Positions 46,328 to 57,242 are shown, numbered from the stretch's first letter. The stretch: 64,000 bases of DNA from Desulfurococcales archaeon (GCA_027030065.1 JALVFK010000132.1:8977-72976); one strand, 5' to 3'. The notes: generated from the sequence alone by a model not told the origin. Numbers and translations are program-made.

Positions 46328-49300
46328 ATGCGCGTCCACAAGATCATAATAATATTATTCACACTAGTAATATTATTGAACGTATTCACACCAATAACAG
46401 CTCTAGCAACAGTCTCTACTAGAAAACCAGTAATCCAGGAACAAGAAAAACAACCACTACAACCAGTAGTAAAGCAACCACTACTACATCAAGACATTGT
46501 AGCAGTAAAGAAAACGGAGAACAATATACAAGGAGTCATAGTACAAACACCTAGTACAATTAAACAGGAGGACTTGAAGCTTATACAACAATTAGATCCA
46601 AACCTATTCAATATAGAGTTCCTTAAGAAAACCTATGGTGATAAGCTAAGAGTATTCGTAAAATATAAGGATAATGAGTCGCTAGATACTCTTAAGCAAA
46701 TAGTAGAGAAACTAGGCGGTAGAATAACATACGAGTACCCCATAATAAATACAGTACTAGTAATAATACCAATGGATAAAAGAGAAGCATTCATACAAGA
46801 AGCATCAGACCTCATAAAGAAGACAATAGTAGAAGCAGTAACCCTAGACTACCCACGGAAGCCAGCCCTAGACACAAGCACTCAGCTAATAGGAGCACAA
46901 ACAGCATGGAATCTAGGATACAATGGAAGTGGAGTAATAGTAGGAGTCCTCGATACTGGTATAGATCCATTCCACCCAGACTTCTACTTCCCCAACGGGA
47001 CAAGTAAGATTCTAGCCAATGTAAGCTTCGTAGACTACGACTTCGATAATATACCAGATATGGATGTATTAGACAATGTTGGCCACGGAACACATGTAGC
47101 CAGCACTATAGCGGGAACAGGTATAGCGGAAGTATATGCGCATAGTGGTGAATATGCATGGCATTCCGTGACAAGATGGATGCCCTTCGGGTACGCTTTC
47201 GGTAACCCCAATGGCTGGGAGAACATCCTAGTATACTGGTTCAACGTTACTGGCCACGATAACATTACACTAAGCTTCTGGGACTCATTACATATCAACC
47301 CATTATGGTACTATGCTTACGGCTATGATGACGAGGCCATGATACTATACAGTTATGATGGTGGTAATTGGAGTGTACTAGATGTATTCAATGTAACTAC
47401 AAGAGACACTATAAACACTTCATGGATGTACCACGAGTATACGATCAATACCAGTGGGCAGACCCAGCTCTTCATAATGTTCGCATATATTGCATACATA
47501 GCAATAGAGCAGACAGGATGGTGGATAGATGATATCAGTGTACCAGAACTAAACTTTACCGACAACCTAGAGTCGGGGCAGCCAACATATATACCGGGTG
47601 TAGGAGGGCATGTCTACGACGATAACGGATGGTTTGTAGTCCGTGGAAGATTTACTGGTGTTGCTCCTGGAGCAGAACTATTGATAGGTAGGGTATGTGA
47701 TACAAGCAGTTGTTGGACAAGTTGGATAATGAATGGAATGATATGGGCAGCTATCTACGGTGCCGATGGAGTACCGTTATCTGGTGATGAAGCAGACGTA
47801 ATAAGCATGAGCCTTGGAGGACCAGCTAGCTATTATGACCCCGAAGCACAACTAGTAGACGTATTGACAAAATACTATGGAGTAACCTTCGTCATAGCAG
47901 CAGGTAATAGTGGTTACAACGGCCCATATACGGTCGGGTCGCCAGGCATAGCCTTTTCAGCAATAACTGTAGCGGCTGCACAGAAACCAGTTGATGATCT
48001 ACCACCAGATATAGTGTACTTTAGTAGTAGAGGCCCCACACTAACGAACCTAATAGTGAAACCTGATGTAGCCGCACCAGGTGTCGCAATAATAGCAGCA
48101 TTATCTCAGTATTGGGGCTACAGTCCATACTGGGATCTAGATCCATACTATACCATAATGAGCGGTACCTCTATGGCAACACCCCATGTTAGCGGTGCAG
48201 TAGCGGTAATCAAGAGCGCTCACCCCGATTGGGATACCTGGATGATAAAGTCTGCGCTAATGAGTACTGCTACATGGCTAGACTATAGAAGATACAGTAG
48301 CTGGTATCCGCCAACACCAGCAACAGTATACGAGCAGGGCGGAGGATTCATAAACGTTACAGCAGCAATACAAGCTCAAGCATTACCAATTAATGCTAGC
48401 CTAAGCTTCCAAGTAGTAAAGATAGGCAGCAACAAGACATTGAGTTTCCTAGTAAAAGTATTGAATCCAAACATAACGAGTCTATCTATAATAAACGATA
48501 CAGTAAGATATATAGAATATGCTAAGTATGGTTCAGACTACTATGTAGCAAACGTTACACCATACACAGGCTGGTTATCGTACAATATAGTACAAGTGAA
48601 CTCAACATTATACAATGTATCAGTAACATTAAGCGTACCTAGTAATGCTACTGGAGGACTATATGATGGTATAATATGGCTTAATGCTAGTGGCTATGTA
48701 TTCCACGTAGTACTCGGCTTTATAGCATCACCAATAAAGCTCGTAGGACGAGCCATAGACTTTGTGAACGACACGGCTCTACCGAACATAACAGTACTAG
48801 TAATAAATACCTCATATAGTATTTACTCATGGGATGTAACAAATAGCTCTGGGTACTTTGAAGTAATGGTGCCAGTTGACGAGCCAGTATTCCTATATGC
48901 TTATGATCGAAACGATAACTACTACATATACTATGGCAGATTCATGTTATTCCTACCACCATTCGCTGAACTAGACCCATACATGCTATACATGACCCCC
49001 AGATGGGGCTACGCCGATAGGCACGTACTAGTTGTGGCAGACGACTTCTACGGATACTATTATCCACCAAACCTCTCGATATTCCTAAGCTTCAACAATA
49101 GCTACGGCTTCATAATGAGGGAATGGTACGAGTCATTACAAGGCATACCAGTAGACCCCATACTATGGAGTGATGACTTCCCATTTGTAGTATGGTCTAG
49201 CTGTACTTCATGGTATGCGGTAGTACCGCCAGACGATTACATACTACAAGTGTTTACTCAAAACTATGCTGGTAAACTATTAATTGAGGGTGAGGATATA

Positions 49301-49951
49301 GGATGGTTCCACAAAGCAGTACTAAACGACACGTTCCTAGAGGACGTATTACACGCAGTATGGCTAGCAGATAGTAGTGGAGTCTACAATATAACACCAG
49401 TAGCAATAGGCCACTTGTTAACAGCTAATCTATCGGGCAATATATCAATAGGACACGTACCATGGCCTGACGCAATAGCACCATACAATGGCTCACAAGC
49501 AGCATTCAACTATAGCGGTACTTCAATGTCAGCAATAATATACTACTATAACAAGGACAACATATTAGCTGAGGGCAAAATAGTATATGCAGCCTTCCCA
49601 CTAGTCAATGTAACTATAACAGAGAGGCAGCAGATAATAAAGAACTCACTACTATGGCTATTACTATTTGCGGAGACGAGGATAAGTGCTACACAGACAA
49701 CACCAGCCGGAGACTACAAGTTAAACGGTACAATTACTAGCGGGGTCCTCGGATTATACACCGTAGCCTACAAGCTCTCAACAACTAAACCTGTGGTCAA
49801 GATAGCGAAGCCCATGATCATAACACCTGGTACAACACTACCCTTCGACTTTGAGGCAAAGAGGCCCTGGTGGGTTGCAAACCCAGTTACGGCAGAAATA
49901 GAGGTATACTATAACGGCTGGCTACTATTCAGCTTCCCGGTACAAACATAG
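46328..49951 (+). CDS. Pyrolysin-like subtilisin-family (S8) serine protease, 1207 aa
   Basis: VGVLDTGID (Asp, ~46947-46967), GHGTHVAS (His codon 47084-47086), AAGNSG, SGTSMATPHVSG (Ser codon 48170-48172). It has an N-terminal signal, a large insert between His and Asn, and a ~590-aa C-terminal extension rich in sequons. Confidence 0.9.
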   Translation: MRVHKIIIILFTLVILLNVFTPITALATVSTRKPVIQEQEKQPLQPVVKQPLLHQDIVAVKKTENNIQGVIVQTPSTIKQEDLKLIQQLDPNLFNIEFLKKTYGDKLRVFVKYKDNESLDTLKQIVEKLGGRITYEYPIINTVLVIIPMDKREAFIQEASDLIKKTIVEAVTLDYPRKPALDTSTQLIGAQTAWNLGYNGSGVIVGVLDTGIDPFHPDFYFPNGTSKILANVSFVDYDFDNIPDMDVLDNVGHGTHVASTIAGTGIAEVYAHSGEYAWHSVTRWMPFGYAFGNPNGWENILVYWFNVTGHDNITLSFWDSLHINPLWYYAYGYDDEAMILYSYDGGNWSVLDVFNVTTRDTINTSWMYHEYTINTSGQTQLFIMFAYIAYIAIEQTGWWIDDISVPELNFTDNLESGQPTYIPGVGGHVYDDNGWFVVRGRFTGVAPGAELLIGRVCDTSSCWTSWIMNGMIWAAIYGADGVPLSGDEADVISMSLGGPASYYDPEAQLVDVLTKYYGVTFVIAAGNSGYNGPYTVGSPGIAFSAITVAAAQKPVDDLPPDIVYFSSRGPTLTNLIVKPDVAAPGVAIIAALSQYWGYSPYWDLDPYYTIMSGTSMATPHVSGAVAVIKSAHPDWDTWMIKSALMSTATWLDYRRYSSWYPPTPATVYEQGGGFINVTAAIQAQALPINASLSFQVVKIGSNKTLSFLVKVLNPNITSLSIINDTVRYIEYAKYGSDYYVANVTPYTGWLSYNIVQVNSTLYNVSVTLSVPSNATGGLYDGIIWLNASGYVFHVVLGFIASPIKLVGRAIDFVNDTALPNITVLVINTSYSIYSWDVTNSSGYFEVMVPVDEPVFLYAYDRNDNYYIYYGRFMLFLPPFAELDPYMLYMTPRWGYADRHVLVVADDFYGYYYPPNLSIFLSFNNSYGFIMREWYESLQGIPVDPILWSDDFPFVVWSSCTSWYAVVPPDDYILQVFTQNYAGKLLIEGEDIGWFHKAVLNDTFLEDVLHAVWLADSSGVYNITPVAIGHLLTANLSGNISIGHVPWPDAIAPYNGSQAAFNYSGTSMSAIIYYYNKDNILAEGKIVYAAFPLVNVTITERQQIIKNSLLWLLLFAETRISATQTTPAGDYKLNGTITSGVLGLYTVAYKLSTTKPVVKIAKPMIITPGTTLPFDFEAKRPWWVANPVTAEIEVYYNGWLLFSFPVQT

Positions 49952-50021
49952 TTTTCTACCCCATATCTAACACAACATTATTTTTTCATAAATATACTTT
50001 CTTATAACTCGGAAAACAATT

Positions 50022-50561
50022 ATGCCGGTATTCATCGCCCTCCACATAGGTGATGAGAGGCTTCAGAGAATAGGTGAGCTATTTAAGGAGTATGGTTATA
50101 GGGTTGTAGACTTAGAGAACCAGCATTTAACAATATTATTCATAGGCGACTATAAGGGCGTATTCTTGAAAAAGATAGTTGTTTTACTAGAAAATATATC
50201 ACTTACGCTTCCAAGCATCTTAAGGCCTACAAATCTATCTCTTCTTCCAGCGGAAAAGAATACCAATGTGGTTGTATTAGTAGAGGAGGACCCGAGGCTT
50301 AGTGAGGCTAGACGAATAGTTATGGAGTATTTAGAGAAAAATAATGTTGTAATTAGAGATAGATACTCCTTTGTTCCTCATATAACAATTGCTAGGAGAC
50401 GAAAACCACTATCCCACTCAATGTTAAATAAAGTTGTAGTTATGTTGAGGAGAGCCCAAAAAATATTGCCTAGATTTATTGTTGTGAGAAACGCCTATCT
50501 CTATGAGACTAGTAGGGAGGGTTATAGAAGAATACTTGAATTGAAGACGAAGTGGGTCTAG
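50022..50561 (+). CDS. 2H phosphoesterase (RNA 2',3'-cyclic phosphodiesterase/LigT-like)
   Basis: Two H-x-T motifs: HLTILF and PHITIAR. Confidence 0.65.
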   Translation: MPVFIALHIGDERLQRIGELFKEYGYRVVDLENQHLTILFIGDYKGVFLKKIVVLLENISLTLPSILRPTNLSLLPAEKNTNVVVLVEEDPRLSEARRIVMEYLEKNNVVIRDRYSFVPHITIARRRKPLSHSMLNKVVVMLRRAQKILPRFIVVRNAYLYETSREGYRRILELKTKWV

Positions 50562-50630
50562 TGGTAAATCTTATAGGCTTAATATACTATATTTTATTTT
50601 TGAAGCCTTTAAAAGGAGAGGATTGATGAC

Positions 50631-51101
50631 TTGAAGCTAACGCCGAGTCTAGAAGACTATCTAAAAGCCATATACATATTAAGCGTGTCGAAAAGAGAGG
50701 TAAGGCCAAGTGATATAGCAGAGTTAATGGATGTAAGACTCCCTAGTGTAAGCGAGGCCATCAAGAGGCTTGCAAAAATGGGGCTTATTCAAAAGGAAAG
50801 ATACGGCAATATCATTCTAACACAACAAGGATACGAGCTAGCCTTAAACTTATTGAGAAGACATCAGATAATTGCTAGGTTTCTCCAAGAATTCTTAGGC
50901 TTGCCTCCCGAAGATGCTCATAGAGAAGCGTGCATAATAGAGCATAGCATAAGTGAGGAAACCCTAGTGAGACTAAATATGGTTGTTGAAGCTCTCATAA
51001 GGTATTGTAGAAACTGCATGGACATTCTATTAAATAATGGGGGTAATAAGCAAGTCAACTATGATTCAAACAATGGGAAAAATTATAAGAAGAAACCATG
51101 A
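50631..51101 (+). CDS. DtxR/MntR-family metal-dependent transcriptional repressor
   Basis: LEDYLKAIYIL, PSDIAELMDVRLPSVSEAIKRLAKMGLI, RRHQIIARFL, EACIIEHSISEE. TTG start. Confidence 0.8.
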   Translation: MKLTPSLEDYLKAIYILSVSKREVRPSDIAELMDVRLPSVSEAIKRLAKMGLIQKERYGNIILTQQGYELALNLLRRHQIIARFLQEFLGLPPEDAHREACIIEHSISEETLVRLNMVVEALIRYCRNCMDILLNNGGNKQVNYDSNNGKNYKKKP

Positions 51102-51130
51102 TACTACTGCATTAGCGGTGCATTTTCAAG

Positions 51131-51961
51131 TTGAGTAAAACATTGATTTACATCGTAGCTGTAGTGTTATTATTTGTGTTATTACACTACAGTGTTCTAA
51201 CTAGCACTCCTCTAACGCAATTAAATATAACAATACCAGTAAGCGGACATAACAAGAATATCATAGTTAAAACAGGCAATACACCTAGCCGTCTAGTAAA
51301 TACCAATATAACGAATACTAACATTCCATACCGAGTAATCTTCGAGAAAAGTAGAAATAATAATTTAAGAAGAGAAGACTGGCTACAAAGCATTCTAGCT
51401 GCAATACTTGGAGCTTTAGCAGCTATATCATTATTCATAAAGTTTCTCTTAGATTTAACTATTATAAGAATACCTCAACCACAGGTAAATGAGGTAAATG
51501 TTAATGAAGGTATGGTATACGTAAATCCTCTTAACATGATTATCGTAGTCGTGTTGTCTTTAGCTGTAGCTACAATTATAATATTATTGTTAACGCATAG
51601 TCATGTCAAGTTAAGAAGATACCATGCCCCTAGACTAGGGAGAGGGAGAATAAGTGTAGAGTCATTGGAGAAAATAGACTATAACCTAGACTTCAAGGAC
51701 TTGAGAACGGCTATTATATCATCATTTAGATACTTATACTTTCTATCTCTAGAAAAACTCGGGTTAAGTGAAGCAAGAACTCCTAGAGAAGTAGCATTAG
51801 AATTCGATAAACTAGGTTTAGCCAATGAGGCTTGGCTTATAGTATCAGCTTTTGAAGAACTAAAATATGGTAAAAGAATACCAAAATGGATTACGTTAAA
51901 AGATTTAAGAGAAGCCGTAAGGAGTATTGAAGGGAAAATACTGCAATGGAGCAATCAATAA
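51131..51961 (+). CDS. Membrane protein with DUF4129-like C-terminal domain
   Basis: Two TM segments and the tail ...ARTPREVALEFDKLGLANEAWLIVSAFEELKYGKRIP. Confidence 0.5.
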   Translation: MSKTLIYIVAVVLLFVLLHYSVLTSTPLTQLNITIPVSGHNKNIIVKTGNTPSRLVNTNITNTNIPYRVIFEKSRNNNLRREDWLQSILAAILGALAAISLFIKFLLDLTIIRIPQPQVNEVNVNEGMVYVNPLNMIIVVVLSLAVATIIILLLTHSHVKLRRYHAPRLGRGRISVESLEKIDYNLDFKDLRTAIISSFRYLYFLSLEKLGLSEARTPREVALEFDKLGLANEAWLIVSAFEELKYGKRIPKWITLKDLREAVRSIEGKILQWSNQ

Positions 51962-52470
51962 TACTGGTAATGATTGCTGCCGGGGTCATTTCAACTATAA
52001 TGTTAATCTACTATGGGCTAAAATTATCATCTTATTGTTGCTTAGAAAACACGTATGGCGATCGGGAGCTAGTTTCGCATGTGGTTAAACCTCCTCGTTG
52101 GTCTCAGAGTCTTGCTTCAAGAATTGAGTATATTGATGATACAGCCTTAGATATTATTAGAGAGAGAATTAGGTATTTAGAAGGACTTATATCTAGAAGG
52201 TTGGGGGCAGTACCATTAATATCTAGAAGCGAGGCGTTAACCACGGCAATTATACTTAGATTTAAGTTCATTGTATGGGTATCCAAAGAGATAGGGTTAA
52301 TAAAAGCATTGAGGATCGCTATAGCATTATTGTATTTGAAAAAACTATATAGGAAGGCTTCAAAACTATCAAGCATAGATAAGAAGAGAAAAGAGTATCA
52401 TGATACGGTTAAAGAAATACTAGATCGAATAGATGGTTTAATAGCAAGGTTAGAGGCGCTTAAGAAATGA
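51946..52470 (+). CDS. Membrane-anchored helical protein, unknown family
   Basis: 174 aa with an N-terminal TM. Overlaps both neighbouring genes. Confidence 0.4.
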   Translation: MEQSIILVMIAAGVISTIMLIYYGLKLSSYCCLENTYGDRELVSHVVKPPRWSQSLASRIEYIDDTALDIIRERIRYLEGLISRRLGAVPLISRSEALTTAIILRFKFIVWVSKEIGLIKALRIAIALLYLKKLYRKASKLSSIDKKRKEYHDTVKEILDRIDGLIARLEALKK

Positions 52471-53441
52471 ATCCCCAAGATATATACATGTATTCTGAGA
52501 AAATAAAGAAGGAAATAGCGCGCGTAATAGTGGGAAAAGAACACTTGGTTGAAAGACTTCTCATAGCCTTACTAGTAAACGGGCACATCTTACTAGAGGG
52601 GGTACCAGGCGTAGCTAAAACTTACCTCGCTCGCGCCTTCGCCTACACACTTGGACTAGAATTCAAGAGAGTACAATTAACACCAGATCTCTTGCCAAGC
52701 GATATCCTTGGAGTAAAAGTCTACAATTACAAGACAATGGAGTTTGAATTTCGCCCAGGCCCAGTATTCACTAACATACTACTAGCTGATGAGATAAATA
52801 GGACTCCGCCCAGAACTCAGGCTGCATTACTTGAAGCTATGCAGGAACGCCAAGTAACAATAGATGGAGAAACAAGGAGGCTTCCAGAACCCTTCATGGT
52901 AATAGCTACTCAAAACCCAATAGAGACTGAGGGAACATATCCTCTACCCGAGGCGCAACTCGATAGATTTTTGTTTCGTTTAATAGTATCCTATCCTTCA
53001 CGTAGTGAAGAAATAGATATGTTGCGCTTAAAGAGGGTTAAAGGAGAGGTCATAGACGTAGAGAAAATACTAGATGCTAGACAAGTCCTAGAAGCTTCTA
53101 AAACCATTAGTGAGAAGGTGAGAGTCGACGATAGTATTTTAGAATACATTGTTGATCTTGTAAGAGCTACACGTGAACATCCCTCAGTTCTCTTAGGTGG
53201 GAGTCCTAGAGCTGAAGTAATGTTACTCTATGCTTCTAGGGCTTATGCGGCAATAAGTGAGGGGAGGGACTATGTTATACCGGATGATGTTAAAGCAGTT
53301 TTCTTCGACGTTATGAATCATAGGATAATACTGCGCCCTGAATATGTTATAGGTACTTATAGTAGAGAACCTCTATGGAGCTATAATGCTGTAAGAGGAA
53401 TACTGAACTCGGTTATAGAGAAGGTTAGGGTACCAAAGTAA
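52467..53441 (+). CDS. MoxR-family AAA+ ATPase
   Basis: [44 protein letters not shown]. Confidence 0.9.
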   Translation: MNPQDIYMYSEKIKKEIARVIVGKEHLVERLLIALLVNGHILLEGVPGVAKTYLARAFAYTLGLEFKRVQLTPDLLPSDILGVKVYNYKTMEFEFRPGPVFTNILLADEINRTPPRTQAALLEAMQERQVTIDGETRRLPEPFMVIATQNPIETEGTYPLPEAQLDRFLFRLIVSYPSRSEEIDMLRLKRVKGEVIDVEKILDARQVLEASKTISEKVRVDDSILEYIVDLVRATREHPSVLLGGSPRAEVMLLYASRAYAAISEGRDYVIPDDVKAVFFDVMNHRIILRPEYVIGTYSREPLWSYNAVRGILNSVIEKVRVPK

Positions 53442-54757
53442 TGATATTATTGACTGAAAGAGCGGCTCTAATACTATCTACAGCGATAGTCCTACTTCCA
53501 TTCTCAATTATAGTCTTTAGACTAGAATTCGTGATAGCAGTATTAACGATAATAATGTTGATACTATTAGACATACTACGGTTCTACATGAGAACTAGGA
53601 GAATTAAGTTAATAGGCGCTAATAGGTCTCAAGTACCAGGCAGAGTAGTTGTCGGCTCTATAATAGACATGAAATTATCTATTGAACTAACTGGGTATAT
53701 AGGACTAGTACACGTAGCTGATCAAGTTCCCGAAGGCTTAAGCATCATAAAGGGTAGTCGTGAGAAGACGTTTTATAGTGATGGAGAAGGAATCATAGAG
53801 CTAGAATACACGATTAAAGCACTAGTTAGAGGAGACTACAATATAGGGCCAGTAAAACTAGTACTATTAAGTCCCCTAGGCCTCTGCGGTAAGCCTCTAG
53901 GAGAGTTAAGGGAAACACAAACTTACTTTAAAGTAGTACCTCAATTCTATGCCTTAAGATTTAAAGAAGCTCCAGCTACAATAAAGTATACTAAACCTCC
54001 AGGCGGGCATCCAGTAAAAGCTAGGGGTATGGGGGTAGAGTTAGAGCACATAAGAGAATATATGCCGGGAGACGATTTTAGGAAAATAGCTTGGAAGATA
54101 TCAGCTAGAAACCCTCTAAGAGAACTTATGGTAAAAGAAACTATGAGCGAAGTTAGACTGGAGTTCTTTATAGTAGTTGACGCTGGAATAGAGTCTAGTC
54201 TAGGGTATCCACAAAGATTGATAGACTATTATATAGAAGCGGCTGGATCTCTAATACTCGCAGCACTAGATAAAGGAGATGTAATAGGATTATACATTGC
54301 TGGTACACCAAGCCTCTTAATTCCACCAACGCGTAGGAGGGAGTATTTGTATACAGCTCTAAATATAATAGAGACATTAAACCCAAGCCATAATAGGACT
54401 ATTCTCCACCGTGTTCCAGGTACAATAGCATCTATTCTACCAAAGCGGTCAACAACGATATTCTTCTTCACCAGCATGGAGAACGTATTAGATCCAGAGA
54501 GCATAGTTGATAGGCTGAAGGCTCTAGGCTATAATATAGTGTTCTTCATCCCGTATACTCCATCATTTATAACACCTAAACCGGGATACGAGAAATTAGA
54601 AAATGTATACAGCTATATAATTGAGAAAGAGAAGGAGAGATTAGAGAAGATAAAATACATACTGCTATCACATGGTGCTAGAGTAGTAATGGCGTCGAAA
54701 GAAGACTTTATTGAAAGAGTTCTCAGAGAATACTACACACTGAGGGAATATGCTTGA
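53441..54757 (+). CDS. DUF58-family protein
   Basis: HIREYMPGDDFRKIAWKISARNPLRELMVKE, followed by a VWA-like FFIVVDAG. Has N-terminal TM helices. Confidence 0.8.
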   Translation: MILLTERAALILSTAIVLLPFSIIVFRLEFVIAVLTIIMLILLDILRFYMRTRRIKLIGANRSQVPGRVVVGSIIDMKLSIELTGYIGLVHVADQVPEGLSIIKGSREKTFYSDGEGIIELEYTIKALVRGDYNIGPVKLVLLSPLGLCGKPLGELRETQTYFKVVPQFYALRFKEAPATIKYTKPPGGHPVKARGMGVELEHIREYMPGDDFRKIAWKISARNPLRELMVKETMSEVRLEFFIVVDAGIESSLGYPQRLIDYYIEAAGSLILAALDKGDVIGLYIAGTPSLLIPPTRRREYLYTALNIIETLNPSHNRTILHRVPGTIASILPKRSTTIFFFTSMENVLDPESIVDRLKALGYNIVFFIPYTPSFITPKPGYEKLENVYSYIIEKEKERLEKIKYILLSHGARVVMASKEDFIERVLREYYTLREYA

Positions 54758-55494
54758 ATAGGAGAACCCTTCTATTATTCCTTTTATCTTTACCAGTATT
54801 GTTGCTGTGGATTCATACATCCTTAGTCATTTCATTAACAGTTAATGGGTTAATTAGAGTAATAGTAGGCTTTATAATCATGGCTGTGATATGGGGGGTT
54901 AAGAAGTACTGGGATATTGATTACGTCTTATCACTTATTATTGTATTCTTTGTATCAGGTATTTTAGCACAGCTTGGAATAGGTTTATTCATAGAATCCT
55001 TTATGCTAGTACTTCCACTAATCTTAGTGTTAATAATGTTCCACTATAGAAGTATGATATTAGTCTTCCTCGTACCAACCCTAATATATATCTATACTCT
55101 ATTATCATCTTATGCCGCTACGATAGGGTTATCTTATAGAGCGCCATTAGCGTCTCTCTCGATAGCTGCAAGTATAGGGAGACTTGTTCTCACGGGCAAG
55201 ATTCCGATAACAGTATCCTATGAACCAGTGCCTGGGTTAACGGTATTGTATGCTATCAGTATTATATCGTTAGTTTTCTTGGTAATAGACATGAAGAATA
55301 TTAGGGAGGCTGGTGCCCCCGCACTTGAGGATGCTATACGAATTCTAGTATTGGCTTTGCTTGCTTCCCTAATGCTAGTTTATGCGGTATTAATTATTAC
55401 GCGGGTATACATTGTAATGTGGTCTATAACGGTTACGGCTATATTTATAATATCATTCCTAGCATATAGGCTACTAGCTAGGGATACCCGTTGA
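54754..55494 (+). CDS. Polytopic membrane protein, unknown family
   Basis: 246-aa hydrophobic ORF with ATGA-type overlaps on both sides. Confidence 0.45.
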   Translation: MNRRTLLLFLLSLPVLLLWIHTSLVISLTVNGLIRVIVGFIIMAVIWGVKKYWDIDYVLSLIIVFFVSGILAQLGIGLFIESFMLVLPLILVLIMFHYRSMILVFLVPTLIYIYTLLSSYAATIGLSYRAPLASLSIAASIGRLVLTGKIPITVSYEPVPGLTVLYAISIISLVFLVIDMKNIREAGAPALEDAIRILVLALLASLMLVYAVLIITRVYIVMWSITVTAIFIISFLAYRLLARDTR

Positions 55495-57242
55495 GACTAC
55501 CGCTTCGTCTCCAACGTTATAGGAAGAAACTAGTATTAGCCATAGTTATAGTCTTATCGATAGGTTATTTTGCATACGGATTATATTATGTGATTACTAG
55601 TGGACTTGTGGCTGGCGAAGCAAGATACGTTAGTGATGAATGCTGGTATGTATCTGCAGCTCGTAACCTATTGAGAAAAGTTTTTGGCCTAGAACCAAAC
55701 TCTTGTATGGGCAATCTATGTTACGCATCAATATTCGTAAACTCGCTAGAGGACGCGAACAAAGTAAAAGAATTCGTTACAAGTCATGGTGGAGTTATAG
55801 TAAAGGACAACTATGCTCACAAGGTCTTAGCCGGATACGACTACACTATTGCTGTAAAGGCACCTCGAAAGGTATTGACCGAGCTCGCTAGAAACTATAC
55901 TGTAATAATAGGTTACCCCTACCCAGACTGGGATGATGTAGCCAACTATTTGAACCTTGAGCACCCACCTCTCATGAAATATATTGTAATGATTACATTA
56001 CTTGTATCAGATAACCCAGTTGCCTGGAAGATACCGAGTCTCATAGCTGGCTCCCTTATAGTATTCTTTGCATACCTTATTGCGAGAAAAGTGTTCAATG
56101 AGGCTGCCGGACTTCTTGCAGCAGTAATAGTTTTCATAGAACCCGTTACCAGGGCTATGAGCATGGTTGCAATGCTTGACATATATGTTGCATTATTCTC
56201 CATCATAGCATTATATTTCGCAGTCAAGTCGAAGTACATGCATACTGGCATAATGGTGGGACTAGCTGGATCGGTTAAAATGAACGGATTCTATCATGTT
56301 CTCAGTACTATAATATCAGCTTGGCGTAACCGGAAAGTGAGTAATATAAAATTGTTCGTGTATGCTATAGTTATACCCCTCCTAGTATATCTTGTAGTAA
56401 ATATACCCTTGATAATATATGAAGGGGGAATTATGAAATGGATAGACCTACAGCTCTGGGCTCTAAGCTGGCACACACAGTCAAGACCCCCCGGTGGTCC
56501 TCCAGTAGCAAATCCCTGGGACTGGTTTCTAGCGCGAAACTCTTTCCCACTAAATTATAATCCCGACCTAGTAGCTAATCCTAGCCCACCCTTAATGTTA
56601 TTGACCATACCCTTAACTATTGTATTGATTCCACTTGCGTGGAAGGAGAAGCTTAAGGGATCTGGCAGTATTCTAGCGTGGTTTTGGGTGCCAATAGTGA
56701 TGTTTACTGCATTATTCTTAATAGGTAATAGGACACAATATAGTTTCTACTCAGTACAGATTACACCTATTGCAGCAATAATAGTTTCCTCAACAGTATT
56801 CTTTGTATATCGCAGAGATCTACTATATGAGTCGCTATTATCGTACAGATTCGAGCAACCCTATCGCATAGGGTTAATGCTCCTAATAGGCATATCATTA
56901 TGGCTTACAGCATCATACTTAATCACAAGTCTCATAGGTATAATAGTTGCCTCAATATTGCTGGGATTATTTGTAGCTTTGGGTAGAACCAGGTTCAAAA
57001 TCACGATTATGATAGGTGTTGGAGCTGGTGTATTAGCACCACTAATAGTATACTATTACTATTGGATCAATGCGTCTACGGAGACAGTTAGGTATCTTGA
57101 GATAATGTTCCCATATAATATGATACCCGTTATAGCTTCTGCTATCGCTACAACTGCTTCAGCGATGATATTCACTCTAATACTAGCTCCAAGAAAGCGT
57201 GGAGAATACATTGAGGAAGAGGTAGAACATTGGGGAGAATAG
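55491..57242 (+). CDS. GT-C glycosyltransferase of the PMT/ArnT (GT39/83-like) type
   Basis: Loop-1 DE motif (VSDECWY, nt 55635-55640) and EHPPLMKY (nt 55962-55973). More than 10 TM helices. Confidence 0.65.
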   Translation: MRLPLRLQRYRKKLVLAIVIVLSIGYFAYGLYYVITSGLVAGEARYVSDECWYVSAARNLLRKVFGLEPNSCMGNLCYASIFVNSLEDANKVKEFVTSHGGVIVKDNYAHKVLAGYDYTIAVKAPRKVLTELARNYTVIIGYPYPDWDDVANYLNLEHPPLMKYIVMITLLVSDNPVAWKIPSLIAGSLIVFFAYLIARKVFNEAAGLLAAVIVFIEPVTRAMSMVAMLDIYVALFSIIALYFAVKSKYMHTGIMVGLAGSVKMNGFYHVLSTIISAWRNRKVSNIKLFVYAIVIPLLVYLVVNIPLIIYEGGIMKWIDLQLWALSWHTQSRPPGGPPVANPWDWFLARNSFPLNYNPDLVANPSPPLMLLTIPLTIVLIPLAWKEKLKGSGSILAWFWVPIVMFTALFLIGNRTQYSFYSVQITPIAAIIVSSTVFFVYRRDLLYESLLSYRFEQPYRIGLMLLIGISLWLTASYLITSLIGIIVASILLGLFVALGRTRFKITIMIGVGAGVLAPLIVYYYYWINASTETVRYLEIMFPYNMIPVIASAIATTASAMIFTLILAPRKRGEYIEEEVEHWGE

